From the NCBI GenBank assembly GCA_010015805.1, contig ML978122.1:2514453-2578452 (forward strand): 64,000 bases of DNA, given 5' to 3'. The notes beneath the pieces are model-generated. The model was not told the origin of the DNA. It did no database searches and was given only the letters and a program-made list of their open reading frames with translations. Source of the DNA: Rhizodiscina lignyota (lineage: Eukaryota). A program made the translations under genes and the position numbers. Positions 23,727-35,004 of this stretch are shown one piece after another. Numbering within the stretch: position 1 is the stretch's first letter; each line of letters opens with the position of its first letter.

Positions 23727-26339
23727 ATGAACCCTCCTGACCAAGCCACTACCTCCTTTCGCTCTCCATCCCACAACCCACGAGCCTCCATAAACCGCCG
23801 AATTTCCACCATCTCCACGCTCTCGGCAGCAGAAGCAGGTCGCGATGCCGATGCCACAGGCACCGATCATGACGTCCACGAGGAAATCGATGAGATAAAG
23901 CGCTACGAAGACTTCACTACCATCGATTGGATTCAAGACGCGGCACGCGCTTCTCAGCGACGAAAGGCGCGGCGATATGAACGCGCCGGGTCGTTCGAGC
24001 GCAAGGGACGCTTAGGCTTCAGATGGTGGCTGCGAGATGCGTGGAATGCAGGCATGGCATGGGTGGTGGTGAGCCTCGTGGGCTTCCTTATAGGGCTCGA
24101 TTCGGCTTTCTTGAACATCGTGACGGAGTGGTTGAGCGACGTCAAGTTGGGATATTGCACAAGAGCGTTCTACCTCAATGAGCAGTTCTGCTGTTGGGGT
24201 GCGGAGAATGGGTGTGATGAATGGAGGAGATGGACGGGTCTCTGGCCGCTCAACTACTTTCTATATATCGCGTTTGCGATGCTGTTCGCATTTACGAGCG
24301 CACGGCTGGTCAAGAGCTTTGCTCCATATGCAGCGGGAAGTGGCATAAGTGAGATCAAGTGCATCATTGCAGGATTTGTAATGAAAGGCTTCTTGGGGTT
24401 CACAACGTTGGTTATTAAGAGTATTGGATTGCCGTTATCAATCGCATCAGGACTATCAGTTGGAAAGGAAGGACCAAGTGTGCACTTTGCGGTGTGCATT
24501 GGCAACGTTGTCTCGAGGATGTTTCCAAAATACGAGCGAAACGCGGCGAAGACTCGAGAAATCCTCAGTGCGTCGGCTGCAGCAGGAGTTGCCGTCGCTT
24601 TTGGTTCACCCATTGGCGGAGTGCTCTTCTCGATGGAAGAAATGTCGAACTACTTCCCACTCAAGACACTGTGGCGCAGCTACTTCTGCGCACTGGTAGC
24701 GACAGCGGCACTGGCAATGATGAATCCTTTCCGTACAGGGCAACTTGTCATGTTCTCCGTTAAGTATGACCGGGCATGGCATTTTTTCGAAATCCCTTTC
24801 TATCTCATACTTGGAGTTTTCGGAGGCCTGTACGGTGCCTTTGTCATCAAGTGGCACCTGCGAGTTACGATGTTCAGGAAGAAATATTTGGCCAAGTATC
24901 CCATCTTAGAAGCTACCATTCTGGCAGCATTCACCGCAGTCCTCTGCTACCCCAACATGTTCCTACGAATCGACATGACCGAAGCGATGGAGCACCTCTT
25001 CCTCGAATGCGAAGGCGACGAAGACTACAATGGCATTTGCGAGCGTGCAAATCGCTGGCGCATGGTTACCTCTCTGCTCATTGCTACTGTTATGCGCACT
25101 TTCTTCGTTATCCTTTCTTACGGCTGCAAAGTCCCAGCAGGTATCTTTGTTCCATCCATGGCCATCGGCGCAACTTTTGGGCGCATGGTCGGTATCCTCG
25201 TACAAGCTCTCCATGACGCTTTCCCGAACTCGAAGTACTTTTCTGCGTGTGGAGCTGATGGAGTCTGCATTACACCAGGCACGTACGCGTTCCTGGGAGC
25301 TGGTGCTGCATTAAGTGGCATTATGCACATTACTGTGTCAGTTGTTGTCATCATGTTCGAGCTCACTGGTGCCTTAACGTACATCCTGCCTACCATGATT
25401 GTCGTCGGCGTCGTTAAAGCAATATCTGGTCGTCTGAGCAAGGGAGGCATAGCAGACCGCATGATCTGGTTCAACGGTTTCCCATTCCTGGACTCGAAGG
25501 AAGAACACACATTCAGCGTCGCTGTAACTGCAGCGATGACAACGGATGTCACGGTTTTACCAGCTACTGGCCTCGAAATACGAGATGTCGAGAAGATCAT
25601 GCAAGACAACGAGTTCCAGGGTTATCCCATCGTCGAGGACCTCACTTCCAGAACCTTGATCGGCTATATTGGCCGCACGGAGCTGAAATATGCTATGGAT
25701 CGTGCAAGACGAGATCACACAGTAGGCCCTCGGGCAAAGTGCCACTTCACTCCACCGCGTAGTCTCCCGGCTGTTACACCGTCGGCCACCAGTCCAGCAA
25801 TCACTTTCGACACTGCCGCATCAGCGGGCCAAATGAGTGTCGATTTCTCTCGATTCATAAATCCCACACCAATAGCGGTGCATCCGCAACTCGCTCTCGA
25901 GACAGTGATGGAACTCTTTAAGAAGATGGGACCTCGAGTCATCCTAGTCGAACATCGCGGCAAACTGGTCGGCTTGGTAACTGTGAAAGACTGTCTGAAG
26001 TATCAGTTCAAAGTTGAACACCAAGAGCATGAGAATGAGCGAATTGAAGGGAACGAGCAAAGGGAGAGAGATATCAGCGTCGACGCACGGATATGGGATG
26101 TGATGGAGCGGGTGACGGGATGGCTGAAGGCGAAATGGGATGCTGGATGGGGCCATGCCAGGGGCCGTTTACGCCTCGGCGAGAGCGGTGGTGGCGGTGG
26201 CAGTGCCAGGTATCGAACTGTGGCGACTGATAGTGAAGAGCAGACTCCAGTCAGCCCTATCGCCCCTGCAAACGAAGAGCTGGGGAGAGGAAGACAGGGG
26301 AGAGATGACCACGTTGAACTCGAGCTTGAAGATAGATGA
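23727..26339 (+). CDS. CLC-family chloride channel/antiporter (GEF1-like) with two CBS domains; intronless
   Basis: YEDFTTIDW, GSGISE, GKEGP and GIFVP motifs; many transmembrane segments; C-terminal CBS pair. Confidence 0.93.
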   Translation: MNPPDQATTSFRSPSHNPRASINRRISTISTLSAAEAGRDADATGTDHDVHEEIDEIKRYEDFTTIDWIQDAARASQRRKARRYERAGSFERKGRLGFRWWLRDAWNAGMAWVVVSLVGFLIGLDSAFLNIVTEWLSDVKLGYCTRAFYLNEQFCCWGAENGCDEWRRWTGLWPLNYFLYIAFAMLFAFTSARLVKSFAPYAAGSGISEIKCIIAGFVMKGFLGFTTLVIKSIGLPLSIASGLSVGKEGPSVHFAVCIGNVVSRMFPKYERNAAKTREILSASAAAGVAVAFGSPIGGVLFSMEEMSNYFPLKTLWRSYFCALVATAALAMMNPFRTGQLVMFSVKYDRAWHFFEIPFYLILGVFGGLYGAFVIKWHLRVTMFRKKYLAKYPILEATILAAFTAVLCYPNMFLRIDMTEAMEHLFLECEGDEDYNGICERANRWRMVTSLLIATVMRTFFVILSYGCKVPAGIFVPSMAIGATFGRMVGILVQALHDAFPNSKYFSACGADGVCITPGTYAFLGAGAALSGIMHITVSVVVIMFELTGALTYILPTMIVVGVVKAISGRLSKGGIADRMIWFNGFPFLDSKEEHTFSVAVTAAMTTDVTVLPATGLEIRDVEKIMQDNEFQGYPIVEDLTSRTLIGYIGRTELKYAMDRARRDHTVGPRAKCHFTPPRSLPAVTPSATSPAITFDTAASAGQMSVDFSRFINPTPIAVHPQLALETVMELFKKMGPRVILVEHRGKLVGLVTVKDCLKYQFKVEHQEHENERIEGNEQRERDISVDARIWDVMERVTGWLKAKWDAGWGHARGRLRLGESGGGGGSARYRTVATDSEEQTPVSPIAPANEELGRGRQGRDDHVELELEDR

Positions 26340-26997
26340 AATGGCCAACTAGTTTTCGCTATTTGAATTAACTTCCTATCTCTTGACTCCATGGCGATAG
26401 ACCCTTAGCTCTTTACACGTTCATCTGGTGTCCATGTAACATGCACGATGCTGAGTCAGTCAAGCCGCCGGACTACGACTGTATATCGTAGCTGAGATAT
26501 TTGTTAACTGCCGCTTCGCGCTTTGCTGGTAAGATCAGGAGTAAGCCGGTGAAGGTTGGCGAGAAAATGAGTGATGAAATGCGGCCACTCTTCCCTCGAC
26601 CGATTCGGTCCGAACGTTCGGTCCGGAGCCTCGAGCAAAATCGGACGTCCGTGGGCTTTCAATCTCTGTCTCCATCTACTCACGGTTACTGTTACAATAT
26701 CAGCACGTAGAAATGGCTTCATGGTGCTAATTGAGGTCCACTAGTCTGCTGCAAGATGAACCGCACCGCTCTTTTACGGGATTTCGGTACTCTACCCTGA
26801 AAGGGTATGCAATTCGTATCAGCCTATGATCTCACACGGTTCTCCTTGGCCTCGCAGCGACGCTTGACAAATGATCACAAATAGAACTAGGCCCATGATC
26901 TTATAGAAATGTAGGGTTTTAATAAAGCCTGACGGGTGAGTATCACTAAACACGTTTCTGCAGCAGTGTTTCATTTATTCCTCAGCCGAATATCGCA

Positions 26998-28013
26998 ATG
27001 ACTCAAACTGAAATGCTTGCAAACTTCCCTCCTCACTTCGGAGCAACGTTTACAAAGACTCTGCATTCCAAACCTGAGGGCTCCACCGACCCTGTAACCA
27101 ACCGCCTTCCATCAAACTTTGTCGTCGTCATCACAGGAGCTGGAAAGAAGTTGGATGACTTGCCGGGGCAGGGTTACTATACCGCAATAGCATATGCGAA
27201 AGCTGGGGCGCATGGGATCTCGATATCCTCACGGACACAATCGGACCTTGACAAAACCAAGGCAGACATACTCAAAATCAACCCCAAAGTTGATGTGCTG
27301 TCGCAAGTTTGTGACGTGACAAAGGATGCCGACGTCCGAAAGCTCGCGGCGGAGGTCAAGAGCCACTTCGGTCGAGTAGACGCCGTTGTATCCAGCGCCG
27401 GCCACACCACGGACTACATTGATAAGGACACGGAAAATCGTCGCTTTCCGAGGGGAGCCGTGGAAGACGAGGGATTCGACCACATCGTCGCTGTCAATCT
27501 CATCGGCAGCCACAATATCGCAAAGCATTTCATTCCGCTCCTTGCGCAGACAAAGGATGGCGTCCAAAGCTTCGTGAATATCACCTCGATGGCGAGTCTC
27601 CTTCCCACGAGTCAAATGACACCGCTGGCATTCAACATTAGCAAGCTGGCCGCAAACCGTATGGTCGAGTCGATGCAAGCCGACCATGGTGACGAGGGCA
27701 TCCTGGCATTCTCTTTGCATCCTGGTTCTGCTTTGACACCAGGAAGTAGACTGCATAGCACAACGAAGGGTGACTTCTGGGAGCAGTGCAAGTACAAGCC
27801 TAAGGCCTTCGTGTTGAGTATGACGCTGATTAAGATCTAGTACTGAGCGATGACCCTGCCCTTTGCGGTGGCTTCTGCACGTGGCTCACCAAAGAGAGAA
27901 GGGAGTGGCTGTCCGGCCGATACGTCTCTTCCAATTGGGATGTTGATGAGCTGGCGAGCATGAAAGATGATATCGTCGAACATGACAAGTTGAAGATGAG
28001 GATGGTTGTATAA
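26998..28013 (+). CDS. Short-chain dehydrogenase/reductase; GC-AG intron 27788-27840; atypical Rossmann motif
   Basis: VVITGAGK..GQG, CDVT, SSAG, SLHPG and C-terminal WLSGRYVSSNWDVDEL; the YxxxK site reads FNISK. Confidence 0.8.
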
Positions 28014-28154
28014 GCATCTCGCTCCGCACGTGATGCTTCATCCTCAATCAGTTATTGCTCACAGTCTATCATCTGTCTCTATTTATTTGTTTTAAGTGTA
28101 CATGGAAGGGAACCAATAGCGTGCGTAGTGTAGACAAAACCAGTTGTTTACAGA

Positions 28155-29436
28155 CTATGCTGCCTCGTCCACTATCTCCAGATTTCCTACTCGGAACTTT
28201 TCGCCTTTCTTATCAGCATAGTCGGTATGGTTATGGTAGCTCTTAACTCTTTCCCTTACGTATTGAGCACCCTTCACAGGATCCGCGTTCTCTTGGTCCT
28301 CTCTGACAAGCCCTAAACGCTTGAGCAATGGAGATGGCACCGGCTTGATGTCGACATCATTACCTGGCCGGACGAAGTAAAACAAGCCCAGTCGTTTTAT
28401 GTGGGTCTGGTCTTCTGGTGGGCGTATAACTCGATGAGTGGTGGATTTAAAGTACCCCGCAGACCAGAAATCCAAAGTATCCCCTACGTTGCATATTATG
28501 CCATCGTCAATTGGGGGAACATATTTCCATTCACCGTTGGGAGTTTTGAGCTGAAGACCGGCAACATTCTGGCTCCAGAGCAAGGTGAGAGACCCGAAGT
28601 CGGTATGTGCCCGTGTCCACGTGTTTTGAACTTTAGCGTCGGCTTCAATCGAGCGCGGATTATATACCATATAGCGGAGATGATCGTCGGACGGTGCATC
28701 ATACAAATGCTGGGACGCAAAGTAACCCTCCGGTAGCTCCAAGATGATGTCGAAGAGCGTGAAAATCTTTTTCGCAACCTCGAGAGCGCGCTTGAAGAAG
28801 AGGAGTGAGCTTCTCGAAAATACGCAGTGTATTTACAATTGGCGAGCTTACCTTTGAGAAGTTCTCAATTTCCTTCCTGTAAGGCTCGAAGAACGGATGG
28901 AACGGCTCCGCCGCGTTTTGCGGGATGAACTTCGCAAAGTTGAAAGCCTCCACGATGTCCTTGACATCCGTGCCCATTACCTTCTTCTCATTATGCTAGA
29001 GTCTTATCAGTGCTTGTCCCATAGATCTGTGTGGACGTACGAACAGCGCGGTAGCCGAAATAGTTACCCTGTGCAAAGTCGCACTTGTATTCGGGCTTGT
29101 TCTTCTCCTCCACAGGGAGATTGAAAAACGCCTGGCCGATGTCATATTGCCTCTCGATATCTTCTTGAGTGAGACCTGCGCCAGTTACGCTGAAAAATCC
29201 AGTTTCATGGACCTAGCAGATTGTCAGAAGCTCGCTTTGGTGTATCGTGCGTTGTGGAGCTCGGGCAGACCCACAGCGTCGCGGAGCTGGTTCGCCAACT
29301 TCTGCTTTCCGCCAGGCTCGTCGAACTTGGCCAAGTCAATGACAACAAACTTTGCCCACGGCAAGTTTTCTTTCGTCTTCGAGGGTCGTTCCCATTTTGG
29401 GAGAGCAATTGGCTCTATCGGTATTGCGGAGGGCAT
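28155..29436 (-). CDS. 2-oxoglutarate/Fe(II) dioxygenase (IPNS-like/DIOX_N family), 3 introns
   Basis: IDLAKF...HETGFF; iron triad HTD...H (AHTDFGSLTLL, STTHRV); NVGD motif. Confidence 0.9.
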
Positions 29437-30405
29437 TTTCGAAGAGTTTGAGGAGTTTGAAGAGTTCGGAGGGTTATGTTGCGCGCCTTTTCAACTCCTT
29501 CTCTCGGGAAATTCCTTGACCTGCTGACTTCAATCAACATCGTGAATTTGACGTCTCTTTATTTCAACTTTTTTTCTTCGTTTGACAGTCTCCGACAACG
29601 GTACAATCGGCACGAGGAAAGGTCTAATCTAAGTTGTCTTCAAGAGCCAGGGAGCATGCTGAATGTGGCAGTAGCGCGCTGATCGGTCGTGTCGAGCACG
29701 CAATTTGGTGACGAATTGTGTGACTGCACGGAACGACCACTAAGCTTCTTTGACAGCAACATTCGTCACTAGTTGATACAATTGTCAAGTCTCGGAAGGC
29801 TGGCGCCGTAAATCTATTTGACACGGATTCATATTTCATTATCTCAGGCTCAAATGCGATACGTTAGGGCTCCTCTTCGGGATGCTGTGATGGCTTAGAG
29901 GCTCAATTGCGTGCAAAACGTTGTAGAAGACGTTACCTGTCTGAATGTCCTATTTAAATATCCTGTACCTCACAGTAGTCGAGCCTTTTCCAGTTCGTGT
30001 TTCATACACATTAGCCACTCGGGACTCAAAACGTAGTGATGTTCTGGAAGACCAAAAATCTCAATGTGGACTTTAGGGGTCAGGAAGAACCAGGCACGCG
30101 GCCAGGAACGGGACTGCATGATCCCCACATAGTACATCTCACTGGTCCTCAGCAATGATAAGATATCCTGGAAGGATCTTTTCTACCGCAGAGAGCCTCT
30201 GGATCCAATGTTCCTCCCTGTGGTGGAACTAAAGGCCCCGTTAGATGGCGTGCTTCGGAGGATTTTCCGCATGGCTGTCTCTCGGAATCATGTCCTTGCC
30301 GTAATGGAGAGGCATAAAGATATTTTGTGCTTCCGTGTACCCAGCTATCATCGAAAATACATCCGCGTCAAGCTACTCCTGGGACACAATTTGTGAATTT
30401 CACCA

Positions 30406-32416
30406 TGGCCGGAACCCCAGTCTCTGTTATCGAGGACGAAAAGGCCTTGCCGCAAAATGCTTCTTCTCGGCATCAAGCCGAGACTCCTGCTAAATCGGCA
30501 GCTCTCAAGTCTGCACATCGAAAAGTTGATCCAAGGCTGCTGATATGGTACTCATTTGTGTACCTGATCATGCGTATGCATGTTTCTAATATCAGCAACG
30601 CTGCTATCATGAATCTTGAACAAGGCGATGGGATCAAGGAGCAATTGGGCAATCTCTCGAGTTCTCAGTGGGCATGGTGTTTGAGTATCTTCTACTATCC
30701 GTACTTGTTCTTCGAGCCTCTCGCGAACCTGGCACTCAAGCGATTCTCCCCTTCGGTATGGATGAGCCGCATTATGGTTAGTTGGGTGAGTACAGCTTCA
30801 CTATTTAATGTTTATCCCGATGCTGAGTATTTCCCTAGGGCATTGTCTCTATGTGCCAAGGAGCGACCCAAAACTATGCTGGACTGCTTGCGACCCGATT
30901 CATGCTCGGTGCCTGTGAGGCCGGCTTTTACCCAGGGGTACTGTAAGTGCCAAAAAGAGCGGACGTCGAACGCGTTGCAATGCTAACAGTGCAGATATCA
31001 CTTGAGCTTCTGGTACCCTACGGAAAGGCTGCCGTTGCGAATCGTAAGTATCTGATCGTCCTCTCTTGTTTTCTCAAATTGGGGCGCCTTTTTAACATGT
31101 CTCAGGGGTTCTTCTATGCCTGCGGAATGTTTTCTGGAACCATTAGTGGACTCTTAGGTAACTCTTCGCTCTGGACGTACGTCACCGCATTCTGATCAAA
31201 TTGATAGCTTATGCCATCTCTTTCATGAACGGAACTGCCGGACTTGCAGGTTGGCGTTGGGTAGGCACAAATTTTACTCGTCCGCAGGGGTCAATACGCT
31301 GATGTTAGGCCAGCTCTTCATCCTGGAAGGAATGCCGATAATTCTATGCGGGGTCTATACGTTCTTCTTTTTACCAAATTGTGAGTTCAGTCCCACCGAA
31401 TGCCATCATTACATCATTTCCATACAGCTAACGAATCATGGCCAACCAGACCCGGAAAATAACAAAATTCTCACCGGAGAGGAACGAGATGCGATATTGG
31501 CAGACCTTCCAGAGCAAGCGCCCTCAATGAAATCAAAAACTTTCAATCTCGAGCAGGTGAAGGACATGTTTCGAAGCCCAAGCTTTATCCCCTTTACGTG
31601 TATCTGGATGTTCCATGGAATCGGCGCTTTTGGGATCACATTCGTGCTACCAACGGTTATATACGAGCTTGGGATTTCGAACACTGCAATTTCTCAGGTC
31701 ATGACAATGGTTAGTGAGCCCGAACATAAGAGGGCAGTCAGAACTGATCTTCATAGCCACCGTCAACCCTCAATTTTCTCTTCCTCGTTATAGTCGCATA
31801 CTTCATTCACATGAAGAAGTTGAGCCCGTGGATTGCGGGCTTGGGAATTGAACTGATGCAAATCATCTGCTACGTTCTCTTGATCACAGTCAAGCCCGCT
31901 ACGGCAAGATATGTCTTCGTAATGATCGCATTTGCGGGGTCCCAGAGCTTCTATCCGATCATTTGGCCAGGTACGACGACGCCCATACTTCAGATGCATT
32001 GGAACTAATGGCTTTACAGAGCGCATACGCGCCACTAGAGGAACTACGTCTGCGGGATTGGCGATTGGCATGACTAATGTGAGTACTGATATCTTACCAG
32101 TAAAGTTGGGTACTAACACTACTTGCAATCAGGGCATTGCCCAGCTCATGGGAATAGTCGTACGTATGAACTTATCGATATTGATGTAGTCGCGCTCACA
32201 ATTACTTAGGGTCCTCAATTATACCAACCGAAGTTCGGTCCGAATTACCATGTCAGCTACTCTTCCTCTATAGGGCTGATTTCGGTGTCTCTGCTATCTA
32301 TCTGCACTTCTTGGTATTTCGTCCGACGCGACGATCGCAAGAGGAGGAACGAGATGCTCGACGATGCTAGCTCCATCGACGACCTCAAGGTTGAGGAGTA
32401 TCAAGAAAAGGCTTGA
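30406..32416 (+). CDS. MFS transporter, allantoate/nicotinate (DAL5/TNA1) type, 10 introns
   Basis: KVDPRLL, NISNA, RFMLGACEAGFYPG and GWRWLFILEG reconstructed through GT-AG junctions. Confidence 0.85.
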
Positions 32417-32607
32417 TCATTCGCATAAACGATACGAATATGACAGAACCAATAGGAGTGGCGAACTTGCCATGCGCATGGAATAGAGATTGGTTCTGTC
32501 GTCTAGATGGATAACGCTTGCATATTGAACAGCGTTGATTTGTCTGCTTCACGAAGCCTACTCAATCATCAAGCATTTCGTATGAGACACACAGTCCTCA
32601 TTGCGTA

Positions 32608-34399
32608 TCATGATCTTCCCATGGCTTTCTCGATGATCTCTAACGCCGCCATCACTTTCTCATCCATAAATCGTCTGCCCACAATCTGCAAAGAAATCGG
32701 AGCACCGATATATTTCTCTGGTTCGTAGAGTTCATAGTTCCACCGATCCTGCTCATTCATGGGCGTATATCCTACCTCCTTTCCATCTTTCTGCACGTCC
32801 ACAGAGGTTACCGGAAATACCACGCCGGGATAATCCAATAGATTCCATTGGCTGGTGTACGGCCAATATTTGGAGGTCTCATGTAGAGGCGCAGCTCCCG
32901 GAGTGACAGGGCAGAGGATAACGTCGACCTCACCATCGCTGGAATCCGCAGTAGCAGCCCAGTGCTTGGCGTAATCATCGCGATATTGGTCGCGCTCCGC
33001 ACAGAGAGCCCAATATTCGTGCATGGTGAGATTTTTGACGCCCGGTTGGTTGATGATCCACTCCGTGAGTGGTAATACCGGCTCACCAGACTCGTGTATC
33101 AAGTTTAAAACAGCTTCGCCGCCGTCAGGGAAGTAAAGTCGTGAGACAATGTCCCATCCCTTCGCATGATCCAACGGCACCCAGTCGACTACTTTATGGC
33201 CAGCAGCAGCGCACGCAGCAGCCACCTCTTTAAGAGCGCGCGTCGTTGGCGGGTGTGGCTTCACTACGCCATCGTGCCATTCGATAGCGATTTTGAGCGG
33301 GCGAGAGAACTTCTCAGGAGTCCATGGCTTCACGGTTATAGAAGGATCGACACGCCACGGTTCGGAATCCAGAATTACTTTCATAAACAAATTTATTGTT
33401 TCACGGCTCACAGTCAGAGGGCCTTGCGTGGAGCCGACAGAATCTCTGCCGACCATTGGGTTCTTAGTGCCTTTCGCCGGTATGCGCCCAGTGGTTGGCT
33501 TAAATCCGTATAGTCCAGTGTCACCAGCCGGAGCTCTGTGAAATGTAAGAATAACTTCTATAATGGTTGTATTGAACTGGGATCTCTGATACCTCACACT
33601 GCCGCCAATATCACCGCCGAGTCCTAAGACACTGCCTCGGAAACCCACAAGCGCCGCTTCCCCACCGCTGCTGCCTCCGGGTGTGAGATTACGGTTGTAC
33701 GGATTGACGGTCCGCCCATAAATATTGTTGATAGTTTCAAGGTGCATAAGAGCTTGCGGTCCTGTCGTACGTGCGTAATATACACATCCGGCGCTGAAGA
33801 GGGTCTCGTTGACCACATTATGCCTTGACAGCCCTCCAATCCAGGCTATATAGCTTCCATGAGTACTCTTGCCCTTGAAAGAATGATATTCTTTAATCTT
33901 TTCATGTCAGCTGCATCGTAATGCGGCAGTCTTTGATAATTCGCAGAGTACTTACGGAGATTGGCAAGCCATGAAGAGGTCCAATGGGCTCAGATAGGGA
34001 ATCGAGATACTTCGCTCTTTCAATGGCCTCATCCCACATGAGTTCAGTGATGCAGTTAACCTAATGGAGTATATCAGATTCCTTTCATTCTCAGAAGGCT
34101 TCGAATAGATGACCGGAAATACGAGAACTCACCGCATATTGCGCTAATGCTGCTCTTCTCAGAAACGCTTTCGTCAACTCCTCGGAAGTCACTTTCTTTG
34201 TTCTCAATAGGTCAAGCAGGGCAATTGGATCGTAATTCTGAGTTAGCTCATACTCTCGATCCGTAAGGTATTGCTTTGGGAGATCCTGGGAGTTTAGAGG
34301 TAAAGGGTCAGGAAGACCCTTGAGAGGAGGATCGATCTTTGATAACGATTCATCTCTGTAGTCTCGGGCGACCTTCGCTTTCTCTTCCCAAGGAGCCAT
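32608..34399 (-). CDS. Amidase-signature family enzyme (acetamidase-like), 3 introns
   Basis: GPLHGLPISIKE, GGSSGGE, DIGGSVRAP and YTSQWNLLDYP motifs. Confidence 0.9.
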
Positions 34400-35004
34400 G
34401 ACACTGTTATGTCGTGAAAGGTGCTATAATAATATCTACAATATTTTGGCGTCTATGTAAAAGGCAAAGCATAATACGATAACAGGAGGGGAACTTGGGC
34501 GGTGGTTACGTAAAATATCGAGCCGGACCGACAGAAGCCACCCACAATTGATAGAGCAAGCCCCTAATAAAAGACGGATGCAATTGTAATGTCAAGACGA
34601 CGTAGAGTGAGCCAAAAAGCTGACTGTCAATTGTGGTAGACGTCATTCAATCCTTTCAGCGGCTTTGCAGTCGCTTCTGCTGTACCTTGAATAAATGCGG
34701 AGATGCATCACCATTTGAACGTCAGAAAGGCCTCCTTAAACTTCGTGCATGTAATGGAAATCTATACATTAGTCATTGCACCTTCTTCGCCCTTTGGTCG
34801 ATTCATACTTCGAGGCACACAATCGGACTTGTCTTTCTATCTTCCACGGAATTCGTACTATACATAGAGGTATAGAATCATTGCCCGTCTCCCCTCTTCG
34901 AACAGCCCCCACGGTGCGTGGAAGCAGGTAGTCTTGGCCTCTTCTACCTCTTCAATTGAGCTCATATCAGCGCGAAAGCATAGTCTTGGCTTAATTCACC
35001 CTCT

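Noticed and set aside
26998..34399. Secondary-metabolite biosynthetic cluster
   Set aside because: No PKS, NRPS, terpene synthase or other backbone gene in the window; a catabolic reading fits better
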